Shown here piece by piece: positions 40,487 to 49,921 of a stretch of 59,641 nt of DNA; within the stretch, counting starts at the first letter, position 1, and every line of letters begins with the position of its first letter. Made by a program: the position numbers and the translations under genes. The DNA comes from Gammaproteobacteria bacterium (GTDB lineage Bacteria; Pseudomonadota; Gammaproteobacteria; Magnimaribacterales; D2472), in NCBI GenBank assembly GCA_045564035.1, contig JBJLIA010000034.1:1-59641 (forward strand), read 5' to 3'. The notes under the pieces were generated by a model. It was not told the origin of the DNA. It did not search any database and saw nothing but the letters and a program-made list of their open reading frames with translations.

Positions 40487-40645
40487 TTATCTATCTTAAT
40501 CAAAAGATTTGTTGAAAGAATATATAAATTAGAAATATTTAATAGATTTATTCATTTAAGTTAGATATTCTGCTTGTTTAGCTGGAATGGAATATTAAAA
40601 TTAATTCATACAATTTAAACAAGCATCATAAGGTCAAAAACTGCT

Positions 40646-40984
40646 ATGGAAACCCCTGATTTACAAACAATCTGTTGTGAAGCGCTGGATGATTTAAAGG
40701 CTCAGAATATTCTTGTTCTAGATATTCGGGAGATCTCAGATTTTGCTCATTGGTTTATAATAGCCACCGCTTCTTCCTCAAGAAATGCAAAAGCAATTTC
40801 TAATAAATTGATTGAATCACTCAAGCTGCAAAAGCAGAATTTAGTTGGTGTTGAGGGTCAGGATGATTCAGAGTGGATCTTGGTTGATTGTGGAGATGTT
40901 GTTGTAAATATAATGCAACAAGAAACCCGTGAGTTTTATGACTTAGAGAGTTTATGGGGTGAAAAAACTCTTGTTTCTGCCTGA
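40646..40984 (+). CDS. rsfS: Ribosome silencing factor
   Basis: ALDDLKAQNI, WILVDCGDVVV and REFYDLESLW. Confidence 0.95.
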   Translation: METPDLQTICCEALDDLKAQNILVLDIREISDFAHWFIIATASSSRNAKAISNKLIESLKLQKQNLVGVEGQDDSEWILVDCGDVVVNIMQQETREFYDLESLWGEKTLVSA

Positions 40985-41448
40985 TGAAATGCAAAATTAT
41001 CAGCATTAGTCATAAGGCATCTGACTGGGAGCAAAAAGCTTTACAATTTTATACCAAACAATTGCCTAATCACTTTCAAGTTTCGAATGTTGAGGTGAAG
41101 CCTTTTGTCTCAAAATCTATAAATAGAGATTCTATATTAGAGGCCGAAGGTTTGGAAATCTTAAAAAATGTTGACCAAGATGCCACCGTAATTTTATGGG
41201 ATAGGCAAGGGCAAAAGATTGATAGTCTTAATTTTGCTAGCCTTTTGCAGGAACAAATTGATCATGGGAAAAATATTAACTTTGTTATTGGCGGTTCTCA
41301 TGGTGTGTCAAAGAGTATATTTGAAAACTCAAAATTAACTTTATCGGCTTCAGAATTAACTTTTCCTCATAGGCTTTTTAAAATATTTTTAATGGAACAA
41401 ATTTTTAGAGCGAGCACAATTCATCGAAATCATCCGTATCATAAATAA
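40984..41448 (+). CDS. rlmH: 23S rRNA m3Psi1915 methyltransferase
   Basis: FVIGGSHG, LTFPH, EQIFRA and HPYHK. Confidence 0.93.
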   Translation: MKCKIISISHKASDWEQKALQFYTKQLPNHFQVSNVEVKPFVSKSINRDSILEAEGLEILKNVDQDATVILWDRQGQKIDSLNFASLLQEQIDHGKNINFVIGGSHGVSKSIFENSKLTLSASELTFPHRLFKIFLMEQIFRASTIHRNHPYHK

Positions 41449-43283
41449 TGATTTTTGAAGAGAGACAGATTGAAAAAAATAACTTTTCTTCAAGAGCAAT
41501 TTTACTTTTTAGTGTAATCATCCTCGTGCTAATTCTCGTGCTCATACAGGTTTTTACCTTGCAAATTTCCGGCTACACAGATTATCAGCTTGCCGCATTA
41601 AAAAACAAAAATTATGAAGTCCCTGTTCAGGCTCTCAGGGGTGAAATTTTTGACAGAAACGGAAGAGCACTTGTTAAAAATGAACCAACTTTTGATTTAA
41701 TTACTCAACCCAGTCTTATCTTAGATATAGATTCTTTTTTAGAAAAGATTCAACCAGTTATCTATCTATCTGAAACTGAAAAAACAAGATATCAAAATCT
41801 CCAAAAAGAAAAAGCATTTGTAAATAAAGAACTGGTTTTAAAAAAAGATCTTTCTGACGAGGAAATTGCTAGATTCAATGTAAGAAGTTTTAATTTTCAG
41901 AATGCATTCATTGCAAAACGCTATAGAAGAATTAGTGATTATCCAGATATTTTTTCTCATGTTTTAGGTTATACCTCAAGAACAGAGGATTATTTTAATT
42001 CAGTCCCTGAAATTCCCCGAAGTCATTGGAAGGATGCAGAATTAGAATACGCTCATGGTCTTATTAGAGGTAAGACAGGATTAGAGGAAATATATGATGA
42101 TCTTTTGAGAGGTCAGCATGGGCAAAGGGTGTATGAGATGAATGCAAGAGGACAATTTTTGCAACCATTATCTTTTATTAAGCCTAAAAAAGGATCTGAT
42201 TTATATACTAATTTAGATATTGATGCTCAAAAAAGTGCAGCACAATTTCTTGGAAACAGAAAAGGTGCGGTTGTCGCGATAGACCTAGATTCTGGAGGTA
42301 TTAATGTTTTATACAGCTCACCTGCATACTCAATAAATAAGTTATCAAATGGTATGACTGAAAATGAATTTCAAACTTTAATTAATGATCAGAATAAACC
42401 TTTTTTTAATAGAGCATTACAAGGAAGGTATCCGCCAGCATCAACAATAAAGCCTGCGATTGGTATGTATGGATTGTTAAATAATATTGTGAGTTGGGAC
42501 TTTGAGATGAAGGATCCTGGATTTTTTACGTTACCTGAGACTGGCAGAATCTTTAGAGGGTGGCGTAAGGGAGGTCACGGCAAAGTAAATATGCATAAAG
42601 CATTCTTGGTGAGCTCCAATGCTTACTTCTTCTCACTTGCATATCAAGCTGACATTGCAGAATTATCTGATCATTTATCTAGTTTGGGATTTGGGCAAAA
42701 AGTCTGCTTAGATTGCTTTGATGAAGATCAAGCATTTGTACCAACTCCTGAGTGGAAATACAGCCTGATGAATGCAGGTTGGGTAAAGGGCGATACGGTT
42801 AATTTAGGTATTGGACAAGGCTATTTAGTGGCAACTCCTATGCAGTTAGCAAACTATGCATCTCTTCTTGCTACCAAAGGACAATTTACTGAGCCCTCAA
42901 TAGTGACTCTAGGTAATCAAAAAAAATCTTTAAAAGTTTGGCAAGATAGTAGATTTGATGACTCGGATTGGATAAAAATGCATCAAGCTTTACTTGGAGT
43001 CATTGAAAGTGATTATGGAACTGCCAGGAGCATACGAGATCTTGCAAAATTTCAAGTAGCTGGAAAATCAGGCACTGCAGAGCTTGTTAGTTTAGATAGC
43101 AAAGAAGCCTATCAAGATTTAAGAACGACAGAGTCACTTAGAGATCACTCGATTATTGTTGCTTTTGGACCAATGCCCAATCCAAGGTATGCAGTTTCTG
43201 TGGTGATCGAGAATGGTGAGAGTGGAGGCGCAGTTGCTGGGCCCGTAGCAATAGAGGTTTTAAAGAGTTTAATTAATGAATAA
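41448..43283 (+). CDS. mrdA: Penicillin-binding protein 2
   Basis: RGEIFDRNG, YPPASTIK (SxxK), SSN and GKSGTA. Confidence 0.95.
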   Translation: MIFEERQIEKNNFSSRAILLFSVIILVLILVLIQVFTLQISGYTDYQLAALKNKNYEVPVQALRGEIFDRNGRALVKNEPTFDLITQPSLILDIDSFLEKIQPVIYLSETEKTRYQNLQKEKAFVNKELVLKKDLSDEEIARFNVRSFNFQNAFIAKRYRRISDYPDIFSHVLGYTSRTEDYFNSVPEIPRSHWKDAELEYAHGLIRGKTGLEEIYDDLLRGQHGQRVYEMNARGQFLQPLSFIKPKKGSDLYTNLDIDAQKSAAQFLGNRKGAVVAIDLDSGGINVLYSSPAYSINKLSNGMTENEFQTLINDQNKPFFNRALQGRYPPASTIKPAIGMYGLLNNIVSWDFEMKDPGFFTLPETGRIFRGWRKGGHGKVNMHKAFLVSSNAYFFSLAYQADIAELSDHLSSLGFGQKVCLDCFDEDQAFVPTPEWKYSLMNAGWVKGDTVNLGIGQGYLVATPMQLANYASLLATKGQFTEPSIVTLGNQKKSLKVWQDSRFDDSDWIKMHQALLGVIESDYGTARSIRDLAKFQVAGKSGTAELVSLDSKEAYQDLRTTESLRDHSIIVAFGPMPNPRYAVSVVIENGESGGAVAGPVAIEVLKSLINE

Positions 43284-44364
43284 ATCGTTTCAAAAAATAT
43301 ATTTCGATCCTTATATATTTTTTAGCCTATTCTTATTGTCCACTCTTGGTTTATTTTTTTTATTTTCCGCCTCAAATGCTGATGTAACTATTGTTTCAAA
43401 ACAATTTGTTTATGTTATAGCTGGATTCATTATTATGATTTTGGTTAGCCAGCTAGATCCTGATATTTTTAGAAGGATGTCTGGATTATTTCTTTTTTTT
43501 GCATTAATACTTTTAGGCATTACATATTTATTTGGTCCTGAAATTAATGGTGCACAAAGATGGGTAAGGGTAGGCCCTTTTTCTTTTCAATCTTCAGAAT
43601 TACTAAAATTGGCAGTGCCAATTTTTTTAGCTAATTTTTTATTTGATAAAAAGTTACCAATACAGAAAAAAGAGATAACTATCAGTTTATTAATAATTTT
43701 CTCGTGTTTTGGCTTTGTTTTCCGACAGCCTGATTTAGGAACTGGATTAATTATTGCTTGTTCCGGATTATTTGTATTGTTTCTTTCAGGTTTGAGTTGG
43801 AGCTTTATAGGCGGATCTTTTATTTTATTAATTATCAGCTCTCCTTTTATTTGGAATATTTTGTTGCAGCCTTTTCAGCGTCAGAGGATTGCAACATTTT
43901 TTAATCCTGAGTCGGATCCATTTGGAGCAAGTTGGAATATCATTCAATCAAAAGTTGCCATTGGATCTGGAGGTTTGTTAGGTAAAGGTTTTGGTGAAGG
44001 CTCACAAACACAGCTCAATTTCCTTCCAGAAACAGAGACAGATTTTATCTTTTCTGTAATTGGAGAGGAATTTGGATTTCTAGGCGTGCTGTTATTGCTA
44101 AGTATTTATTTATTTATATTATTGAGATGTTTTTATCTAGCATTAAGTGCCAGAGATAGATTCTGCAGATTGGTTATAGGAGGCTTATGCTTAACTTTTG
44201 CTACAAATTTAATTATAAATTTATGTATGGTGGTAGGTTTACTGCCAGTTGTGGGCATGCCTTTACCATTTATTAGCAAAGGTGGTTCTTCTTTAATATC
44301 ATTATTTCTTGCTTTTGGCATAATTATATCTATGGGCACGCATAAAAAATTCTTACCTCAATGA
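43276..44364 (+). CDS. rodA: Rod shape-determining SEDS protein
   Basis: GAQRW, FQSSE, QPDLGT, QSKVAIGSGG, TDFIF and LPFISKGGSS. Confidence 0.95.
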   Translation: MNKSFQKIYFDPYIFFSLFLLSTLGLFFLFSASNADVTIVSKQFVYVIAGFIIMILVSQLDPDIFRRMSGLFLFFALILLGITYLFGPEINGAQRWVRVGPFSFQSSELLKLAVPIFLANFLFDKKLPIQKKEITISLLIIFSCFGFVFRQPDLGTGLIIACSGLFVLFLSGLSWSFIGGSFILLIISSPFIWNILLQPFQRQRIATFFNPESDPFGASWNIIQSKVAIGSGGLLGKGFGEGSQTQLNFLPETETDFIFSVIGEEFGFLGVLLLLSIYLFILLRCFYLALSARDRFCRLVIGGLCLTFATNLIINLCMVVGLLPVVGMPLPFISKGGSSLISLFLAFGIIISMGTHKKFLPQ

Positions 44365-45389
44365 AATATCTTTTTTTACTTTGCTTTTTGCTTTCAAATA
44401 ATATTATTGCAAATTATTCCCAGCATCCTGAAGCGAAGGACGTTATTGAAACCTTGGTCATGGATCATGGGTTTGATGAAAATTATATTATTGAGATTCT
44501 TGAAACTGCAAAGAAACAAGATCGAATTTTAGAATCGATGTCATCACCTGCTGAGTTTACTTGGACCTGGGATAGATATAAAAAACTTTTCTTAGAAGAT
44601 AAGCGAATTGCGAATGGCAAAAAATTTATCAAGGAAAACTCTACTTTATTTGATCAAGTTGAAAATGAGTTTGGAGTACCTAAGGAAATTATTACTTCTA
44701 TTTTAGGAGTGGAAACTAGGTATGGAAAAATCAAAGGCAGCTACAGGGTACTAGATAGTTTAACAACACTTGGCTTTGATTTTCCTAGAAGATCAAAGTT
44801 TTTCAAAAGTGAACTCATACAATTTTTTATTCTAACAAGAGAAAACAATTTAGATATAAATTCAGTCCAAGGATCTTATGCCGGTGCTATGGGATACGGC
44901 CAGTTTATTTCATCTAGCTATCGAGCTTATGCAATAGATTATGACGATGATGGATATGCAGACTTGTTTAATTCAATCCCAGATGCTGTAGCTAGTATTG
45001 CTAATTATCTTAAAAAACATGGCTGGAAAAGAGATGGGGTTATAGTTACACAAGTTGAACTCAATAAAGTAAACAAGACCTATAAGCATCCAAGTAATTT
45101 AAATAAATTCATCCCTCTACAATTTACAGAAGGCCTTGAAGGTACATATCTTATTCAAGAGGGAGATAGCTTATTATCAATAGCAATCAATAATAATATT
45201 AAATTAGAGCAACTTATGAGTATGAATAATATTAAAGATCCAAATCTTATTAAAAGTGGGCAAACCCTTTTATTAATTAAACCGAAGGATTTATATTTTA
45301 TAGGTGATGATAATTTTATTGCGATTACTAAATATAATCGTAGTCATTTTTATGCTAAAGCCGTGTATGATTTATCCTTAGAATTTTAG
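44361..45389 (+). CDS. mltB: Lytic murein transglycosylase B with internal LysM domain
   Basis: GVETRYG (catalytic Glu), GSYAGAMGYGQF, ASIANYL; LysM YLIQEGDSLLSIA...IKSGQTL; C-terminal NFIAITKYNRSHFYA. Confidence 0.9.
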   Translation: MKYLFLLCFLLSNNIIANYSQHPEAKDVIETLVMDHGFDENYIIEILETAKKQDRILESMSSPAEFTWTWDRYKKLFLEDKRIANGKKFIKENSTLFDQVENEFGVPKEIITSILGVETRYGKIKGSYRVLDSLTTLGFDFPRRSKFFKSELIQFFILTRENNLDINSVQGSYAGAMGYGQFISSSYRAYAIDYDDDGYADLFNSIPDAVASIANYLKKHGWKRDGVIVTQVELNKVNKTYKHPSNLNKFIPLQFTEGLEGTYLIQEGDSLLSIAINNNIKLEQLMSMNNIKDPNLIKSGQTLLLIKPKDLYFIGDDNFIAITKYNRSHFYAKAVYDLSLEF

Positions 45390-45399
45390 TTATATTGTT

Positions 45400-46557
45400 A
45401 TGAAAAAAATATTTTGTTTTATCCTTCTTGCTCCTTTTTGTATAGACGGACTTGCTCAGTCCATGGTCCCAAAGGCGCCCAAATTAAATTTAGATAGCTA
45501 TATATTGCTTGAAGCTAGCACTAACACTGTAATAGCTGAGTTTAATTCGGATAATCAAATTTCTCCTGCAAGCATGACCAAGGTTATGAGTGGATATGTT
45601 ATTGCAGATCAGATTGCCAGCGGAGCTATTAGTCTAGATGATGAAGTCTTAGTTAGCGAAAAAGCTTGGAAAACTGGTGGTTCTAAAATGTTTATTGAAG
45701 CAGGAAAAAGAATTTCTGTTCGCGATTTATTATCAGGCATAGTAATTCAATCTGGAAATGATGCGACTGTTGCAATGGCAGAGTATGTTGCAGGCTCTGA
45801 AGAAGGGTTTGTTGATTTTATGAATGCCTATGCATCTGAGTTAGGCCTAAACAATACCTTATTTCAAAATGCAGTGGGATGGACGGACCCCAATCATTTT
45901 TCATCAGCTAAAGATCTAGCTTATTTATCGAAAGCGCTCATTAATAATTTTCCTGATCATTATGCAACCTATAAAGAAAAAGAATTCACCTTTAGTGATA
46001 TTCGACAGCTTAATCGCAATAAGCTTTTGTGGAGAGATGATTCAGTTGATGGAGTAAAAACTGGTCATACTGAATCTGCTGGCTATTGTTTGATTTCTTC
46101 CGCTATACGTAATGATATGAGACTAATAGCAGTGGTCGCAGGCAGCCCCTCAGAAAATGAAAGGCTTACTTCGTCACAAAGACTCCTGGAGTATGGGTTT
46201 CGATTTTTTGCAACGCAGAAACTAATTTCAAAAGATTCAGAGATCACCGTTGCGAAGGTGTGGGGCGGCAAAATGGATGAGGTTGCATTAGGGACTAATG
46301 AGGATATCTTATTAACTTTGCCTCGATCAGATTTTAAAAATATAAAAGCAAATTATAAGTTTAAAAATAATATACAAGCGCCAATATCTGAGGGCGATGT
46401 AATAGGTGATATTGAATTCATCTCTAAGGATAGGGTGGTACTATCGACTCCACTTATAGCCATTGAGTCAGTTGAGGCAAAAGGTTTCTTTGGAAGAATT
46501 TGGGCTCGCATAGTTTTTTGGATCATGAGTCTATTCTCCATGGGTCAAAATGCCTGA
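45400..46557 (+). CDS. dacA: D-Ala-D-Ala carboxypeptidase (PBP5/6)
   Basis: PASMTK, SGN and KTGHT; PBP5 C-domain. Confidence 0.93.
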   Translation: MKKIFCFILLAPFCIDGLAQSMVPKAPKLNLDSYILLEASTNTVIAEFNSDNQISPASMTKVMSGYVIADQIASGAISLDDEVLVSEKAWKTGGSKMFIEAGKRISVRDLLSGIVIQSGNDATVAMAEYVAGSEEGFVDFMNAYASELGLNNTLFQNAVGWTDPNHFSSAKDLAYLSKALINNFPDHYATYKEKEFTFSDIRQLNRNKLLWRDDSVDGVKTGHTESAGYCLISSAIRNDMRLIAVVAGSPSENERLTSSQRLLEYGFRFFATQKLISKDSEITVAKVWGGKMDEVALGTNEDILLTLPRSDFKNIKANYKFKNNIQAPISEGDVIGDIEFISKDRVVLSTPLIAIESVEAKGFFGRIWARIVFWIMSLFSMGQNA

Positions 46558-47398
46558 TATCGCTGCTATATATCAGGGTAAATTAAATACGCTTGATCAA
46601 ATTAGAGTATCGCCATTATCACGGGCTTATACGTTTTCAGATAGCATCTATGAAGTTATTCCATATTTTTCAGGAAAATCTTTATGCTTTAAAGAGCATG
46701 TTGATCGAATGACCCAAAGCGCTCTTCTAATGGAGTTAAAGGTTAATTTTGAGAGCGTAATTGATGATATTCATAAACTTGCTAATACTTTAAATAACCA
46801 AGACGGTTATGTGTATTATCAAATTTCAAGAGGTGTTGATATGGTTAGATCACACCTTTATCAAGATGATCTTGAGATAGAGAGATTTGGTTATGCAATG
46901 CCTATAAGTTTTCCCTCTTCTTCTATTAGTGCGATGTTGTGTGACGATGACCGCTGGGGAAAATGTAATATTAAATCGACTTCTTTGTTAGGCAATGTTT
47001 TGGCCATGAATAAGGCAAAATCATTGGGTTGCCAAGAAGTTGTCATGCATAGAGGAGGCTTTATGACTGAGGCAGGAGCAAGCAATGTGTTTTATTTTGA
47101 TTCTACTGGAAAAGTTAGAACTTCATCTTTGTCTGAAAATATCCTTCCTGGTATTACTAGGGCAATTTTAATCAATGCACTTAAAGATACTCCTTACTCT
47201 GTTGAAGAAGGTTGTTGCGCTATTTCAGATTTTAATGATTCACCTTGTATATGGTTAACCAGTTCAACAAAAGGTTTATTGCCTCTTACAAACTTGATTG
47301 GAACAGAGTATCAATTTGAAGAAAATTTTAATGGTTATAAGGATGTTGCTAAATTATTTAATTCTGCAATGCAGTCGCATCTTGCAGCTTCAGAATAA
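46550..47398 (+). CDS. Class IV aminotransferase, D-amino-acid aminotransferase-like
   Basis: RAYTFSDSIYEVI, YYQISRG, RW..CNIKSTSLL, TEAGASN and ILPGITR. Confidence 0.82.
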   Translation: MPDIAAIYQGKLNTLDQIRVSPLSRAYTFSDSIYEVIPYFSGKSLCFKEHVDRMTQSALLMELKVNFESVIDDIHKLANTLNNQDGYVYYQISRGVDMVRSHLYQDDLEIERFGYAMPISFPSSSISAMLCDDDRWGKCNIKSTSLLGNVLAMNKAKSLGCQEVVMHRGGFMTEAGASNVFYFDSTGKVRTSSLSENILPGITRAILINALKDTPYSVEEGCCAISDFNDSPCIWLTSSTKGLLPLTNLIGTEYQFEENFNGYKDVAKLFNSAMQSHLAASE

Positions 47399-48356
47399 CT
47401 CTTTCAATTTGCTCCCAGGTCTCAGCCCTCATTAGACCTTTGTTAATGAGATCAATTTTTAGGATCTCTTCATTTAAACTTAGAAATTCTTTTACCTTTG
47501 CTTGTTTTATTAAGTTTAAGTAAAGACTAATTTTAGATGACCATACCCCACTGTTCATTAATGCGGATTTTTGATTTCTAGCCTTAAGTGACTCTAAACA
47601 AGAATTAATAACTTTAGCGATTATCCAGATAATTGGAGCAGAGTTTTGACGATCATGCTCCCGCATGAAATTAATTGTCATAAGCGCTTTTCTAAAATCT
47701 CTATTGATTAGAAGATCTTCAAGCTCAAAAGCACTGATTCCAGACCCAAAGATTATATGATCTGTTTTGGTTTCTATGACTTCATCTTGATTTAAAAATA
47801 AAAGCCTTAGCAAGGCAACTTCATTTCTTTGACCCAAAAGATTGGCTTCATTATTTTGAAAAATTGATCCTCCAAAGATTGGCAGTAAATCTTTTGGTAA
47901 AAAGTTTAACTGTCTTTTAAGCCATAATTTTTCTTCCATTATCTTTAATTTACCGCAATTCACGATCAAACCATGAGCATCAAAATTTTTAATCCATGCC
48001 CCACTTGCTGGAACTTTTTCAATACTAGATTCAATAATCAATGCAATGTTTGCAGATTTAAAAATATTTTCGTCCTCAAGAAGAGATTTGATTTTTTCAG
48101 GAAATTTTCCTGAAGTATGTTTGATGTGAACAATTAGATTTTCTTGGAACAAAGAACCTCCCATATTTCTTGAGACTATTTCTTGGGTTTTATCTAGTTC
48201 ATCTTGAGATATTGATACCTTTTCATTGAATCCACTTTGCTTTAAATTATCTAAGATCGTTTCAACTGCATCTTGCTTTAAAATAAATTCTCCCCCGGTG
48301 ATTAAAAAGTATTTATGATCCTTGGGATCAAGAAAATTTAAAAAATTAACTTTCAA
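47358..48356 (-). CDS. holA: DNA polymerase III delta subunit
   Basis: FLITGGE, GSLF, EANLL, SAFEL, GVWSSK and IDLINKG; usual position after leuS-lptE. Confidence 0.8.
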   Translation of the reverse strand: MKVNFLNFLDPKDHKYFLITGGEFILKQDAVETILDNLKQSGFNEKVSISQDELDKTQEIVSRNMGGSLFQENLIVHIKHTSGKFPEKIKSLLEDENIFKSANIALIIESSIEKVPASGAWIKNFDAHGLIVNCGKLKIMEEKLWLKRQLNFLPKDLLPIFGGSIFQNNEANLLGQRNEVALLRLLFLNQDEVIETKTDHIIFGSGISAFELEDLLINRDFRKALMTINFMREHDRQNSAPIIWIIAKVINSCLESLKARNQKSALMNSGVWSSKISLYLNLIKQAKVKEFLSLNEEILKIDLINKGLMRAETWEQIERVILKLQDATALQN

Positions 48357-48810
48357 TTAACCAATACTCCTTTGAAAGGCCTTCTAGTAATGAGAATTCT
48401 AACTCTTCAATAATCTTTTTCTGCGCCATCACTTCTGATTGTGGGTTAGTCTCATTAACTGAAATCCAGTCTGAGACTTGAAGCTTGCCACTTTTATTGG
48501 AGTTAATTTGCGTGAAGGTATATTCAACTTCGCCAATAATTTTTATCTGTTGCGCTCTTGCAGCAGAGCCCCCATAAAAGTTTTTCTTTTTAAACTGAAG
48601 ATTTGATATTTTGAGGCTGTAATTATTATTAGATGGATCTTGCGAAAAATATTTTATTGATTTTTGTTTGAATGAATCCTTGATATTTAATCCAAACTCA
48701 ATTTTATTTAAATTTATATGTCGCTCTTCAATCAAGCTAAGCTGACAACTAGAAATTATAAAAAAAGATATGAGTATTAAGAAATACTTATAAAAATTAT
48801 TTTGCTCCAT
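48346..48810 (-). CDS. lptE: Divergent LPS-assembly lipoprotein LptE-like
   Basis: Lipobox IISSC after a hydrophobic stretch; sits immediately upstream of holA; start ATG 48810. Confidence 0.6.
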   Translation of the reverse strand: MEQNNFYKYFLILISFFIISSCQLSLIEERHINLNKIEFGLNIKDSFKQKSIKYFSQDPSNNNYSLKISNLQFKKKNFYGGSAARAQQIKIIGEVEYTFTQINSNKSGKLQVSDWISVNETNPQSEVMAQKKIIEELEFSLLEGLSKEYWLIES

Positions 48811-49921
48811 CAAAAAAATCTTCAAAGCCAGATGGATCATGTCTACCAACCACTAGGTTCTCTAACATTCCAATACCCTGATCTGAGCCTAATGTTGCCT
48901 TAGCAATTTGATGCGTATGAAAAAACGTATAATCCCCTGGATCGATTTCGGATAAGTCCCAAACTTCGTAGCCGGTTTCACTTTCACCTTTCCAGATGCC
49001 ATGTTTCCATTCATCATGCTGATAGCCAATCCCTTTACAAAAGAATATTGGCCCTGTAGTTTCTAATTCTAGATCAAACTTCTCTTTATTTTTTAGCATG
49101 CCTGATATATTTGCGCCAGTGGCCCATCGTGATCCTTTTTGCCAGTTCACAGAGTGGTGTAGAGAATGAATAGTTTCTACTTCAATATGAGATGGAGCAG
49201 AAGACATCTTGTTATATAACGGCAATTTATGACCAGAAATTTGTGTGGTATTGCCATCTCTATCTTCGAATGTTCCAAATTGTGTACAGAATCCGTCAAA
49301 ATGAACAGGAGCCCAACACCAATAAACGCCAGGTTCTTGATTAAGCATCCCAGGAGCCCCACCTTCTGGTTCTCCTACGGGCCTGACACCCCATGATCTA
49401 TCTCTGATTGCATATATTTCTTTCGGATTGAGTTTTCCAGCTTCTGTCGATATTTCACCTGTCCATTTGCCGAGTTGGGTAAATCTAATTGTATTCATGA
49501 TCGTTCTAGTGCCTTCCATTAATAATGACCGAGGCTCTTGGTGCGCAATAGAGTTAGCCGTGAATTTAAGATTACAATTTAGTTTATTATCAGGATCTTT
49601 TAAGGAAAATGTAAGTTCGTTCATTGGCTCATCAATTGTTAAGCACATAGGACCAATTTTGATTGGGGTTCTATTTTGATTTAGGCGTTGACTAGCATGA
49701 TATGAATATTGTTTACCTTTATAGGAGATACTGAAGTGAGCATCAATTACATGTCTATTTGGATAGAGCCCAATGCCTATTTCAAAAATGTATTCATTTT
49801 CAGGATCCATGCCATTGAAAAAGTATCTATCATAAAAGTTTCTATCAGTGGAACCAGGGATAGTAATTGGCTCTATTGCTTGATGAATTGGGTAGTCGTC
49901 GTATGGAGTTATGTAGTTCAT
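48797..49921 (-). CDS. Uncharacterised beta-rich soluble protein
   Basis: 374-aa ORF with DDYPIHQ, DRNFYDRYFFNG, RDRSWGVRP and WCWAP; abuts leuS and overlaps lptE. Confidence 0.8.
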   Translation of the reverse strand: MNYITPYDDYPIHQAIEPITIPGSTDRNFYDRYFFNGMDPENEYIFEIGIGLYPNRHVIDAHFSISYKGKQYSYHASQRLNQNRTPIKIGPMCLTIDEPMNELTFSLKDPDNKLNCNLKFTANSIAHQEPRSLLMEGTRTIMNTIRFTQLGKWTGEISTEAGKLNPKEIYAIRDRSWGVRPVGEPEGGAPGMLNQEPGVYWCWAPVHFDGFCTQFGTFEDRDGNTTQISGHKLPLYNKMSSAPSHIEVETIHSLHHSVNWQKGSRWATGANISGMLKNKEKFDLELETTGPIFFCKGIGYQHDEWKHGIWKGESETGYEVWDLSEIDPGDYTFFHTHQIAKATLGSDQGIGMLENLVVGRHDPSGFEDFFDGAK

